A stretch of 63,997 nt of DNA, the filler included, from Vezdaea acicularis (lineage: Eukaryota), in assembly GCA_026025075.1 (NCBI GenBank). It is 3 parts of 3 records of this genome, joined end to end, with 100 filler letters (N's around TTAATTAATTAA, not from the genome) between each part and the next. Parts side by side here need not be neighbours in the genome. Positions count along the whole stretch, not along the records: positions 1 to 28,765 come from JAPEUI010000170.1; 2 more parts are not named here. One strand, written 5' to 3'. Made by a program: the position numbers and the translations under genes. The notes under the pieces are model-generated. The model ran no database searches and had not been told where the DNA came from. It saw only the letters and a list, made by a program, of their open reading frames with translations. Below are positions 14,501 to 26,066 of this stretch, in pieces. Position 1 is the stretch's first letter, and every line of letters starts with the position of its first letter.

Positions 14501-17244
14501 GAAACGAATTCATCTGTGAGGTCGTCTTGCCAGAGCAGTCACCGATAAGGTCAGCTGTGGGCCGCCCAGAGCCTCGAAAGATTACAGCGCGAAGAGCTGC
14601 TGCTTTCCAAGCATGTGTGCTTCTCCGTAGGCAAAAATATCTGGACGAGAACTTGGTACCTACCTACCAAAAAACAAAGCGAATGTTACGCAATGTGAAT
14701 GCAAGCCTTGCTCTGAAGTCTAAGGCCAAGTCTGAATATGCTCGGCGAGTTAAATCAGACTTCTGGAAGATCAATGCTGGCACCATTCCAGAGGAACTGT
14801 TCCTGACGGTAATTTATATACCAAATGTCGCTAACCTCAGTCCAATTGGGATTCTCACCAGGAGTCGGTTTCCGGACATTCCCTGGTTTGATCTCTATCT
14901 CAAAGAGAAGGAGACGTCTATAGTGCAAATTCACAGTCTTTATTACAGTCTCGCAGTAACGGAAGAGTTACTGAATGATATCACAACCTTCACTGCTCTT
15001 TTCTTCGATCAACTCTTTAGAAAAGTCTACGAGGAAGATGTGACCCTAAGAGGATACTGGATTGTGCCAATATACGAACACCTGCAAGGTCTTGGGGATG
15101 GAAAACCTTTCCCGCTCATTGATTGGTCGACCTTGAGCTCTTGTATTAAGAAACCCACTCTCGAGTGGGATGTGAACACTCCCGATGCACTCTTCGAAGG
15201 AAAGTTTATTACCGATCCATATAATGGGGGGAGTCGATATATAACAAAAGGAGTACGCCACGACCTTAGACCAAGAGATCAAACCCCCGCGGGAGGAATC
15301 AGCAATGTTCTACGAAAGAAGCTGAATTCCGGCGGCCGCTCGGCGGAGGAGAAGGCTCAGATGACTCAGATAATCGAACAATGCAACAGCGTCTTCAAGA
15401 GGTCTGCGAAGCGGTCGACCTTCATGAGCGACGACCAACCCATTATCCAAGCAGTAAGGGTTAACATTACGCGTAATTGGCTCGATGTGCCGTCTAAGAA
15501 AGACCGGGACTTCGTCACGGACGCGTACATATGTCCAGCTTCACTAAAAATCTCCTCAGTAAGTTTTCAGGCTTTTAAAAATTCTTAACAGGCAAGCTGA
15601 CTGGAGAAGTTTCCTGTCACTTTCGCAGCTATGGGCTTTCAGCTGCCATGTATAATGTGGCGTATCGAGTCTTGTCTGATCGCCCTAGACGGCTTCCGGT
15701 CGTTGAACCTCGACGTAAAGCCAGAATTTGCGTTAGAAGCATTAACGCGAGACTCTTGCAATATGGGAGAGCATCGTGGTTCGCAGCTTGATTATCAACG
15801 GGGAATGGCTAAGAATTATGAGCGTTTGGAGTTCTTAGGAGATGCGTTTCTTAAGATGGCAACATCGATCGCCATCTTTGCCAAATTTCCTGCGGATGCT
15901 CCTTTTGACATCCATTGCCATAGGATGGTCATGATATGCAACAAGAATTTGTTCAAAAATGCTGTTAAAACCGGGATTTTCGAATATATACGAAGCTCGG
16001 AATTCGTTAGGTAAGTTGATGGACTCATCATTGAAAGTATGAACTATGCTGAGTTTGATCATAGACGGGAATGGTATCCAGAAGATTTGAAGCTGCTTCA
16101 TGGCAAAGGCGCCGGTCAAACTCCTGGGACCGATACAGCAGTGAAGCGAAGCCAGTCACTCGCAGATAAGACTATTGCCGACGTCTGTGAAGCGATGATT
16201 GGAGCGGCGTACCTTTCAAGGCCAACCCTTTATAACTTCGACAACGCCGTCAAGGCCGTGACCGCTATGGTAGGGAACGACACGCACACGGTGCAACGCT
16301 GGGGCGACTATCAAAAAAAGTACGAAATGATTGCATGCCTGTTGGTCAAACCTTCAGCCAGTCAGCTTGATCTACTCATGCAAATTGCGAGAAAAGATAA
16401 TTATGTCTTCAGAAATGCAAGACTTCTCCGATCGGCCTTCCTCCATCGCTCCTACGCCTATATCTACGAGAGTATCCCTAGCTACGAGCGCCTCGAAAGT
16501 CTGGGGGACGCCTTGTGGGACATGGTCTGCGTAGACTGGCTGTTTAAGACATACCCAAATCGGGATCCTCAATGGCTCACGGAGCATAAAATGGCCATGG
16601 TAGCCAACAAATTCCAAGCAGCTCTCTGCGTTCGACTTGGCTTTAATAAACATATCCGTTTCACCGGAGATTTGCTTCGTGTCCAGATAAGCAACTACGT
16701 CGACGAACTTGTAGAAGCGGAGGACCGCGCAAAGGGCTCCCCTGACTACTGGAACGATGTCAGATCACCACCAAAAGCCCTTGCTGACGTCCTTGAAGCA
16801 TATGTTGGCGCCCTCTTTGTTGACTCTAAATTTGATTACAGGCAGGTGGAGCGCTTCTTTAATGATCACGTTCTGCCGTACTTCACAAACATGGACCTCT
16901 ACGATAGCTTTGCAGAGGACCACCCAACCACCCGTCTCTCCAACCTTCTGCTGAAGAGCTTCGGCTGTATCAACCATCGTGTCTGGGCCCACGAAATTGC
17001 ATGTGAAGACCCGACTACCAACTACAACATGGCTGGGGTGTGGGTGCATGACCAAGTCATCGGCGAAGGGAGAGCTCCCTCGAGCAAGAGCGCGAAGATC
17101 GGAGCTAGTAAGGATGCGCTGGACAAAGTTAGGGCGTTGACTCGGGATGAGTTCAGGGAGAAGTACGGATGTGATTGCAAGGAGGAAGATACCAAGGCGG
17201 TTCTGGCTGGGGAAAAGGAAGTGCCGCTTGGCACGGCGATCTAG
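11587..17244 (+). CDS. dcl1: Dicer-like protein 1 (DExH helicase, HelicC, Dicer dimerisation dsRBD, PAZ region, 2x RNase III, dsRBD with Zn motif); about 7 exons; start either 11587 or 12337
   Basis: [33 protein letters not shown] and QSRGRAR helicase motifs. RNase IIIa [10 protein letters not shown]...ADVCEA; RNase IIIb YERLESLGD...ADVLEA. C-terminal YGCDC is typical of the fungal DCL1/Dcr1 clade. GT-AG introns begin near 12486, 13112, 13287, 14395, 15559 and 16011. Confidence 0.95.
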
Positions 17245-17418
17245 GAGGCTGCATTCCACAGGCGCAAGAGTCATACTGTATGACTATGGAGAGCGTTCGT
17301 AGGTTAAAACTGCATATCCAAACGCATTGGGAGGATAGACAAAACACTTAAAAATCTACCATGAGATGATGGATGACTTTGAATGTATGCTAGTAAAACT
17401 CCACACGACCTAGTCAAA

Positions 17419-18182
17419 TCATGGCCCCGTCCCAGCATCCAGCGTAGAGAGTTGATTTGCTGGCGCCGGGATTTGAGCTGGAAGTGGCGTCGGCTGCGGC
17501 AGACAAGTCCCGTCTGGCGTATAGCCTTTTAGAGAAGGATCACACAATGTGGCGTTGCTCGCGTTGAAGCTATTTCCTACTATGGTCCACACCGTCCCAG
17601 TCACGTTCAGCGTATTCAAGTTGACCGTCTGAAACACGTCGCTATACAGCGCACCTGCCTTGCTTCTGTCGGGAAAAGTCACGTTGGGGTACGTGAAGTT
17701 CCTAGCATGTGTATTGACCACAGGTTGAGTGGCCCGGCCACAACTGCATCCGGAAAGACATGCATTGAAAGCCGGGGAAGACACATAATTGTATTGAAGT
17801 GTGAGATTGAAGTCGGGCATGGACGCTGACCACGCGCTGGTACAGTTTGGAGTGGAAACCGTTTGGTTGTTGTCTTCATAATTGCAGCCGCAGCTTCGGC
17901 TACAGAAGTCCGTGAGGGAGGTAAAGTTCGTGCGGTAGAGGTCTGTCGGGTAGCCACTGGCGGGAAGGGAATAAGGGCACAGGAGGTTCTAAAGGATGTT
18001 AAGCACTACAACAGCAAAGGGGGAGATAAAAGGCTTACTAATCGTGAAACAGCAGGTGCATTGTCATCATTGGTACCATAATATGGCTTATTTGGGAGAT
18101 CTTCGCCGGCTGGAGCAGCCATAGCATTATGGTAAGTTACTAGAAAGACTAGTAGAGCCGTGCGGAATAAGTTGAGGGCCAT
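17419..18182 (-). CDS. Small secreted Cys-rich glycoprotein of unknown function, 237 aa; exons 18182-18039 and 17988-17419
   Basis: Signal-peptide-like start MALNLFRTALLVFLVTYHNAMA-APAG. The 50-nt phase-0 intron (GTAAGC...CTTAAC...TAG) joins in frame to the 17419-17820 ORF. Many N-x-S/T sequons. Confidence 0.8.
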
Positions 18183-18454
18183 CGTAGGTGATGGTTATGT
18201 AATCGGATAGTAATGATTCCAGTTTGAGTCGGACCTGGAAGTTGCTTTTCAACCTTGGAGAGCGACATGACTTCTTATTCACCGATGAAGCTATTTGCCG
18301 AGGTTGCGACAATTGAAGTCTGGTGTTGTGGTATTTCGCGCAATCGTGTTGGCTTTCGATTACCTGAAACAACCACGAAGGATTAAGAGCGGTTTCGCTT
18401 CCACACAAAATGACCGTTTTGGGCGGTCTCTCAAGGCGCTTTGCGAGATCCAAT

Positions 18455-19417
18455 TCACATCCCAGCCCACTCAATACAAAACGTTCGCACGCCTTTTGCC
18501 TTGTCGCCGTTGTCGTGCGCTATAAGGTCATCCGATGGTCTGGCACCACCAAGTAGAAACCCTTTCTTCACCCCAGTTCCCAAGCGACCCCCACCCACAA
18601 TATCTAGCAAGTCAATTTCCTCGTCCCAGGATGCGCCTGTAGCTAAGAAGTGACTATGAAATCTGAGAGGATCTCCTGGATATACCATATATTGACATCC
18701 GAACCGAAGGCCAGGTGATATGAAGTACCCTTTTGAATGTATGTGGGCAAAGAACGCGTATGAAGAGAGACTTCCATATATTGAGTCCATCCTGGGCTGT
18801 AACTGTATGTCAAGTGGTGGATAAGATACAACTGGGGTAATAGCATAAGGTTCCAAAGGAGTAAGCGCAAGTCCCGTAGCCTTGGTAGATGATAATGGCG
18901 CTGGACCACTATCGAACAATGAGGGCTCAGATTCTGCCGAATCTTCAAGGCCTCGAGGCTCTGACTTGCTTTCCCTATTGGATTCTGCTTTTTGAGCCTT
19001 CCTGGTCGTCCGCTCTTTCACTCGTGAAAGGCCTACTTCTTTTTTCATGTCGGCTCGTTGTTGGGCACTTTTCGAGGCCTCAATTCCTTGGTATTGTAGG
19101 TCGAGAGTAAAAGCTTGTCTTTGAGACTTACTCAATGTCCGAAGAATTGTCTCGTGCGCATCAATATCGTCTATGATGTAGGCCGCGCCCTTCTCCACAA
19201 GCAGCCTGACTTCTTCTGGCATGAGCTCTAGGGGTACACCAAGGAACACATTTTGTTGTGGAGCTTGTGGGAGCCCGCCAACAAGAACCCCACAGATGTG
19301 ATGTTCTCGGCGAATATAAGTGATGGTGTTGATGTCATAGATCAGATAACTTTTGCCAAGGCAGAATATAGGGAACGGTTCCTCCACTGTCACCGGATTG
19401 CCGTTCTCTTTTGCCAT
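18455..19417 (-). CDS. SEN34: tRNA-splicing endonuclease catalytic subunit
   Basis: PQQNVFLGVPLELMPEE and SPGLRFGCQYMVYPGDPLRFHSHF...GRLGTGVKK, with the Tyr/His/Lys catalytic triad. Confidence 0.93.
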   Translation of the reverse strand: MAKENGNPVTVEEPFPIFCLGKSYLIYDINTITYIRREHHICGVLVGGLPQAPQQNVFLGVPLELMPEEVRLLVEKGAAYIIDDIDAHETILRTLSKSQRQAFTLDLQYQGIEASKSAQQRADMKKEVGLSRVKERTTRKAQKAESNRESKSEPRGLEDSAESEPSLFDSGPAPLSSTKATGLALTPLEPYAITPVVSYPPLDIQLQPRMDSIYGSLSSYAFFAHIHSKGYFISPGLRFGCQYMVYPGDPLRFHSHFLATGASWDEEIDLLDIVGGGRLGTGVKKGFLLGGARPSDDLIAHDNGDKAKGVRTFCIEWAGM

Positions 19418-20118
19418 ATCCCATTTGGTATATCCTTCATACGTAGTAGCTACCGCCAAGAGATACGAAAGTCAGCGCAAAAGTTTCTCAAGCTAGCAAG
19501 AACAAAATTGGATTGTTGAGGTAGTATCATAAACTTTCAACATTAAGCATCAGATGCCCAAGACTTCGTCAAGGGCGTCAGAGGATTGACAGATATGTGG
19601 TTTGTATAATCTTTTAAGGATCCTCCAGAATGCGCATCAAATGATCAACTTACAAGTCAAGTCAGCGTCAACCGTAGTCAGGGACTCCTAGGCATTTTAT
19701 ATATTGCCATTGTTAGAGATATTTGAGAGCCAAGTTTTGGAGGGTCGTCAATCTTGGCGAATCGAAGGCAGGCACAGCCGAGCCGGGGTTATCTTTAAGA
19801 CTATGCCCCCTTCGGCTAGTGGCTTCGGACCCTTATCGGCTGTTTTACCAATTGGAGGGGTCAATCGCCTCCGCCTACGCCATCTCTAAACTATCAGCCA
19901 ATCTGCTTGGAATAGTATCTGACATATTCTTCGGCGCAACGAAGAATATGAACAGAACTATATCCCTTTCGTTCACTATCTTCGATCCCCTTGGGTAAAC
20001 CCAGGAGTCTCTATGGCAAGATCTGGGAACTACGCCGACGTCTGCAGAAGGCGTATTTCCTACCACAACCTCCCCGCGTCAAACCACCAAGTATTGTCAA
20101 AGGGCGTGACTCATCAAG

Positions 20119-22282
20119 ATGCCTGCAGATTCAGGAAACTCTCAACCGGACTCGGTGCCTGGACAACCATCGCGGCGCCTGAGCTTCTCCTACGATATAA
20201 TAGGGAGCTCCTTCAGCTCGCGCGAACCTACGGCCCGCATGGCTATCGCTAGGGATTTACGGGACTTGTCCGATGACTATGAAGATGAAGAAGAGGCAAT
20301 TGATTCAACAGAAAGCGGTATCTCTAGAAGTATGCCTACGCCTGCGCCGCTCAACCGAGGCAGTTCATATCATGCTAGGAGTATAATTGCGCTCGGTCCA
20401 AGATCGACCTTGATCCCCGCACTCCAAGTCCCTGAAGGCGATTCTTCGGACCAACAAATGAACGATTGGGAGAGAGAACATCTTAGAAAGGACGAAAGAA
20501 ACCTCCTTAGAGACAATTCTTGGCTCCCCCCGAAAGACCCGAACCGGGCGCAATCGGACGACGGCCTTGGGGGCGTTATAAGGCGCGTTAAATCCATTGG
20601 AGACAGCTCTGCCGCAAGGGCAGTCTCACGTCGCTTCAAGTTCAGCGAGACTTCCTCAACATTGAGGGATCCTCAGTCCCCTGCTTTTGGTGCTGCGCCC
20701 GACTCGACGGACAGCGGACCTCCCTCGGAGAGCTCCCCTCTTTTAAGCAAAAAGCGCAGTGGTAGACCGGATTCACCCACCGCGGAAGAAGTTTTCAAGA
20801 AATGGGATGAAGCTATTGCAGCTGGCAGAATACAGACGACGTGGAAACGTGAAGCCAAGACGCTGGCTGGATACTCCTATCCATTGATTGCAACATTTCT
20901 CCTTCAATATTCTTTGACCGTTGCCAGTATATTCACAGTAGGGCATATAGGGAAACGTGAGCTGGGCGCCGTCAGTTTGGCTAGCATGACTTCAAACATC
21001 ACTGGATACGCTATTTTTCAAGGTCTTTCCACCAGCCTAGATACGCTTTGCGCACAAGCCTATGGATCAGGGAGAAAGAAGCTTGTGGGACTGCAAATGC
21101 AGCGTATGGTTTATTTTTTATGGGTCTGTACCATCCCGATAGGGATTGTCTGGCTCAGTTCTACTGCTATACTAGAGAAGATAGTCCCTGATTATGAGAC
21201 TGCCCGCTTGGCGGGAATATATCTTAAAGTGCTTTTAGTGGGAGCTCCAGGCTACGCGGCGTTTGAAAGTGGGAAACGCTTTATGCAAGCTCAGGGACTG
21301 TTTGGAGCTACATTGTGGGTTCTGCTGATATGTGCTCCTCTCAACGCCTTCATGAATTGGCTGTTTGTTTGGGTACGCTGATTGCCCTCATTATGTTCAT
21401 GAACGTTTGCTGACTTGGTATGAAGCATTTTGGATGGGGCTTCATTGGTGCACCCATAGCCGTTGCGGTCACAGACAACCTCCTCCCCATCTGCCTCGTA
21501 CTATACGTCCGGTTCATAGACGGCGGGGCATGCTGGGGCGGTCTTACCAGCCGCGCTTTCCAGAACTGGGGCCCTATGATTCGGCTTGCTCTCCCTGGGC
21601 TCCTGATGGTTGAAGCCGAATTCCTTGCGTTTGAAATCTTGACACTTGCTGCGTCGTATTTCGGCCCAGCTCATCTTGCAGCCCAGAGTGTGCTAGCTAC
21701 CATCACAAGCATCACATTTCAAATACCGTTCCCAATCAGTATTGCCGCAAGCACACGTATCGCGAACCTGATCGGTGCGACGCTTGTCGGACCAGCGAAA
21801 ACGAGCGCGAAAGTCGCATTGGTGGCGGCGAGCATGGTTGGAATATTCAACGTGATATTGCTTTCTTCATTGCGAAATGTAATCGCAAAGCTATTTACGA
21901 ATGACGAGGAAGTTATCGCACTCGTTGGGCGGGTTCTACCCCTCTGCGCTGCGTTCCAGCTCTTCGATGCCTTAGCTGCGAACTGCAACGGCATTCTACG
22001 TGGATTGGGAAGGCAGGAAATCGGAGGATATACTAACTTGTTCTGTTACTACGTCGTAAGTTCATTTTCTATAGCGAAACAAGTGCCCTTTACTAATTTG
22101 AATAGGTTGCCATGCCAGTATCTTTCGGCGCCGGCTTTGGACTTCATTGGGAGCTTCTGGGGCTCTGGGCAGGGCCAGCGTTGGCCCTCGGACTTGTCGC
22201 TGCCATTGAGGCGTTCTTCATATTCCGTACAAACTGGGATAAGGTCGTTGAGGCAGCATCTGCGAGGAATGAAGCTGCGTGA
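20119..22282 (+). CDS. MATE family transporter with long hydrophilic N-terminus; 3 exons
   Basis: ELGAVSLASM, SLDTLCAQAYG, EAEFLAFE, STRIANLIG and FQLFD motifs. Introns approximately 21373-21425 and 22056-22105. Ends ...ARNEAA-stop. Confidence 0.92.
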
Positions 22283-22697
22283 AAGCGCTTGCTCTGGCTG
22301 TTTAATGTTCTGTCCATACGATAAGAGATGCTATTACATTTGGATATATTCTTTGAAAGCCCAACATATGAACTTGATACCCACGAAACATTACTATGTA
22401 AGAATCAAAAGCATGATTACATTTAGACGGGGGTGAAATTCGGAAGGGAGAAACCGTATTGCCGAACCACAATCCGGAAGTGCTTCGGTTGCACATGCTT
22501 AGACCCCACTCTCTTGGAAAACATCTTCCACATAAAACGGTTCCAATTTCTGCTCTCGACATATAGGGAGGCCGCTATGCGCCGTGAGCATATAATTATC
22601 ATGCTGCCCTTTTTATGACAACTGTATAATACCTTTTCCTAAGGCTACAGACCCTCCCCCAATTCGTGACTTGGAGCATTCTTCCTACAGCTCCGCC

Positions 22698-25435
22698 ATG
22701 GCTCCTTCCAACCGTCCGCTCTCGCCGACTACAGCTCCAGACCTCGAAATTCTTGGCGAGCAAGTGACAATACACCCCACTGGATATGTCGAACCAGACC
22801 ATCAAGGTGAGCCGAACAGGGACGAGACCATTCTGGGAGAACGGACGCGATTCTCCGACTCCCCATTCGACTTTCTGCGTGAGATCAGCCTACATGTCTC
22901 AGGTTCTGGATGGCGCGCATACGAAGGTTTCATTGGGCAGCCGATATACTACCCTGGCTTCACAGACAACATGAAAGCCGCCGTCCTCTCGACGCCAATG
23001 CTTCAAGCAAAGATACGGCAGTTGGCGCAGAAAAGGGTGGAGGTTGAAGAGCAGCAAGGGTTGATCAAGAAGGATGATCCAATGTATGCGAGCAAGAAGG
23101 CAAAGAGAATGGGAAAGATAGTGGAGAGTCTACTGGAGGTCTCTGAGAAGATGACGGATGATATGATATGCAAATTTGAGAGTAAACGGTTCATCAGAGG
23201 AGCGGCGTATTTGTGTAGTCAATTGTTGACAAAGGCTTATCATCAGGGTAGGAAGCCTTTTAAATAAATCCAATTCGTTCACAAGAGGATCTAATTTCTA
23301 ATTTCTATCAGGAATTCACGTGTCCAGCGATGAAGTACTTCATCTAAAAGCTGTTGCTGAGAAAGCTCAAGCGGAGAAACAATCCATCGTCTTCCTTCCA
23401 TGTCATAGGTCTCATGTTGATTATGTCTCTTTGCAACTTATCTGCTATCGCCTCGGCCTGGCACTGCCTACCGTAGTTGCTGGTGATAATCTTAATTTTC
23501 CGCTGGTCGGGCAGTTCCTTCAAAATGCTGGTACGTTCTAGCCTTTGCTTGACTATAGTTCAGTCCATTTACTCGGTTGTATAAGGTGCTATGTATATAC
23601 GACGAAGCTTTGGCAATGATGCATTGTATACTACTCTTGTTCAATCATATATGGATGCGTTACTGAAAGGTGGCTTCAACATCGAATGTTTTATTGGTAA
23701 GTTTTCTCAGATGCTGGTCCTCTTTTCGCTATCTTGCTATATCTAACAATTTTTAGAGGGCGGACGTTCACGCACTGGGAAACTATCCCCTCCCAAGTTT
23801 GGAATTCTTAGCTTCATTCTAGACTCCATAATATCTGGAAGAGTCGAGGACACAATAATATGCCCAGTCAGCACACAGTACGACAAGGTAATCGAGACAG
23901 AGGGCTATGTAAATGAGCTCTTAGGAACCCCAAAGAAGAAGGAGAACCTCATGGACTTCCTCTCAGCCTCCTCAGTACTTTCCCTAAAGCTCGGCCGGGT
24001 TGACGTACGCTTCCACGAACCATGGAGCCTCAAAGAATTCATTGTCAAGCAACAAAGCCGCTTCAACAACATTCCTGGCCAACTAGACCTCACAGAAATC
24101 AACCGTCCCGAAGTACGAACGCGACTCCTCCGCACCCTAGGCTACAAAGTCCTGTCTGATATTAATGCCGTCTCGGTGGTAATGCCCACTGCGCTTGTTG
24201 GGACCATCCTACTCACTCTGCGTGGCCGCGGCGTTGGCTACCCCGAGCTCGTACGGCGCGTAGACTGGCTATGCACAAGGGTACGCGCGAAAGGAGGGCG
24301 AGTCGCGCACTTTGCCGGTGCTCCTACGAGCGTGGTCGTCGAGCGGGCTCTCGAAGTGCTCGGCCCTGAGCTCGTCGGCATGGTGTCTGGACTGCCCGAA
24401 GACACCTTCTATGCCGTTGACCGCTTCCAGCTCTCGTTCTACCGCAACATGACGATCCATCTTTTCATCTCAGAGGCGCTAGTAAGCGCAAGCATGTATA
24501 TGCGCGTCAAGCAAGGCGGTGCGCCGGATACGCAGCGGATATCATACGAGGAGTTGCTGTCCCAGATCGCCTTCCTCTCGCAGCTTTTCAGGGGCGAGTT
24601 CATCTTCCCCACTGAAGGCCTAGCGGTGAATCTCCACTCAACCCTGCTCGGTCTCGAAGCCGATAACGTGATAAGAGTCGTCCGCAACGTCCCCTCCTCT
24701 TCCTCTCCTACGACCGCCGGAACCCCCATCTCCATCGAGCTCAGCGAGGCGGAACGTGCGTGCGGCAGGGAGAACTTTGATTTCTACTGTTTCTTGATCT
24801 GGCCATTCATTGAAGCCAGCTGGCTCGGCGCCGTCTCCCTAATGGGCCTAACTCCACCCCTACTCTCTCCTTCATCCCCAAACCAACTCTCTAACCAAAC
24901 TCAACCCCAAACCCAGCCCGCCCATCCCCCTTCTTCCTCCTCTTCCTCCTCCCCCTGGCTCAGCGCAACCCACGTCCAAACCCTCGCTCAACTCCTCGGC
25001 AAAACGCTCTACCACCAAGGCGACCTCTCCTACTACGAAGCCGTGAATAAAGAAGTCCTAAAGAACGCCTACGACCGCTTCCACGACGAAGGCATCCTGC
25101 TCATCTCCAAACCCCGCGATTCACGCTCTCCCGCCACGCTGCGCCTAGCGCCCGACTGGACCCCCCAGCGCGATCCTCTTACGGGAAAATTGCGAGCGGG
25201 TGGCCGGCTCTGGGCCTTTTGTGAAAGGATTGCGAGGAGTAGGCGCGAGGGCAAGAATCGCAGGGATGGTGCGACGGTTAGTACGAGGGTGCTTGCGCTT
25301 AGTGAGAGGGTTATGGGAGAGCTTTTTAGGGGCGAGGCGGGGGTGGGGGTGGCGCAGGGAGAGGGGGAGGGTGAGGAGAGGGTCGTGCAGAAGAGGCGGC
25401 CGCATCGTGGGATCGAGAGTGGTGCGAAGTTGTGA
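22698..25435 (+). CDS. Glycerol-3-phosphate / DHAP acyltransferase (PlsB/GPAT/DHAPAT family); 4 exons; C-terminal AKL
   Basis: Acyltransferase block I (LPCHRSHVDY), block II (GAMYIRR) and block III (FIEGGRSRTGK) assembled across introns at approximately 23249-23311, 23531-23585 and 23697-23756. Confidence 0.9.
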
Positions 25436-26066
25436 GGGGGCGGTTAGGTGGGGTGTCGAGTGGTGCGGTATGGTGGTGGCTACTAAGGAGAGGGGGGAGT
25501 CGCACTGGCGGGGTTGGCGCGAGTTACTGGTCTGGAAGGGGACGGCGTGTATATAACAAAGTTCAAGACATGGGAGGGCATGTATATAACAAACTCCGAC
25601 AAAAAATGGACACGAAATGTATCTAAACTCCTACGGTCCATATGTCACACTGGTCAAGGAAGTGAAGACTAATTGATACTTGCAGGAAAAGCGGGGCGTA
25701 AGTTGATACGCAGAACACTGGTATTCTAAAGCGGCGAAGCCGTATGAACATTCCCCCTCTCTCCCTCTCGCTCCCCCCAATTTTTACGCCCTCCCTTTCT
25801 CTCTGTCTTACGCTCTCCAAAAGTACAGCAAATCTCTGTGATCATCTTGTCCCCCCTCCGCCTTCGAATATTCCATCCATCCCCAACCCAATTAAGCCGT
25901 CCCAATCAATACCCAAAGCGCCTCGCTAATCGTCGAGTAATGCCCAATCCAATCCAGCCCGCCCCGGCCCGACTCCAACCCAGTCCGAGAGGGTCAATTC
26001 TTTTGCCTTATCCATTCCTTCGCTCTGCCCATTCCGCTGTAACCGCGTCCAAAGACCTCGGATACG

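Noticed and set aside
16486..16512. ERLESLGD instead of ERLEFLGD in Dicer RNase IIIb as a sign of inactivation
   Set aside because: The acidic catalytic residues (E and D here, D and E in ADVLEA) are all retained.
19341..19349. ATCAGATAA matching the SreA-type binding consensus
   Set aside because: Lies inside the SEN34 coding sequence and is expected by chance in 64 kb.
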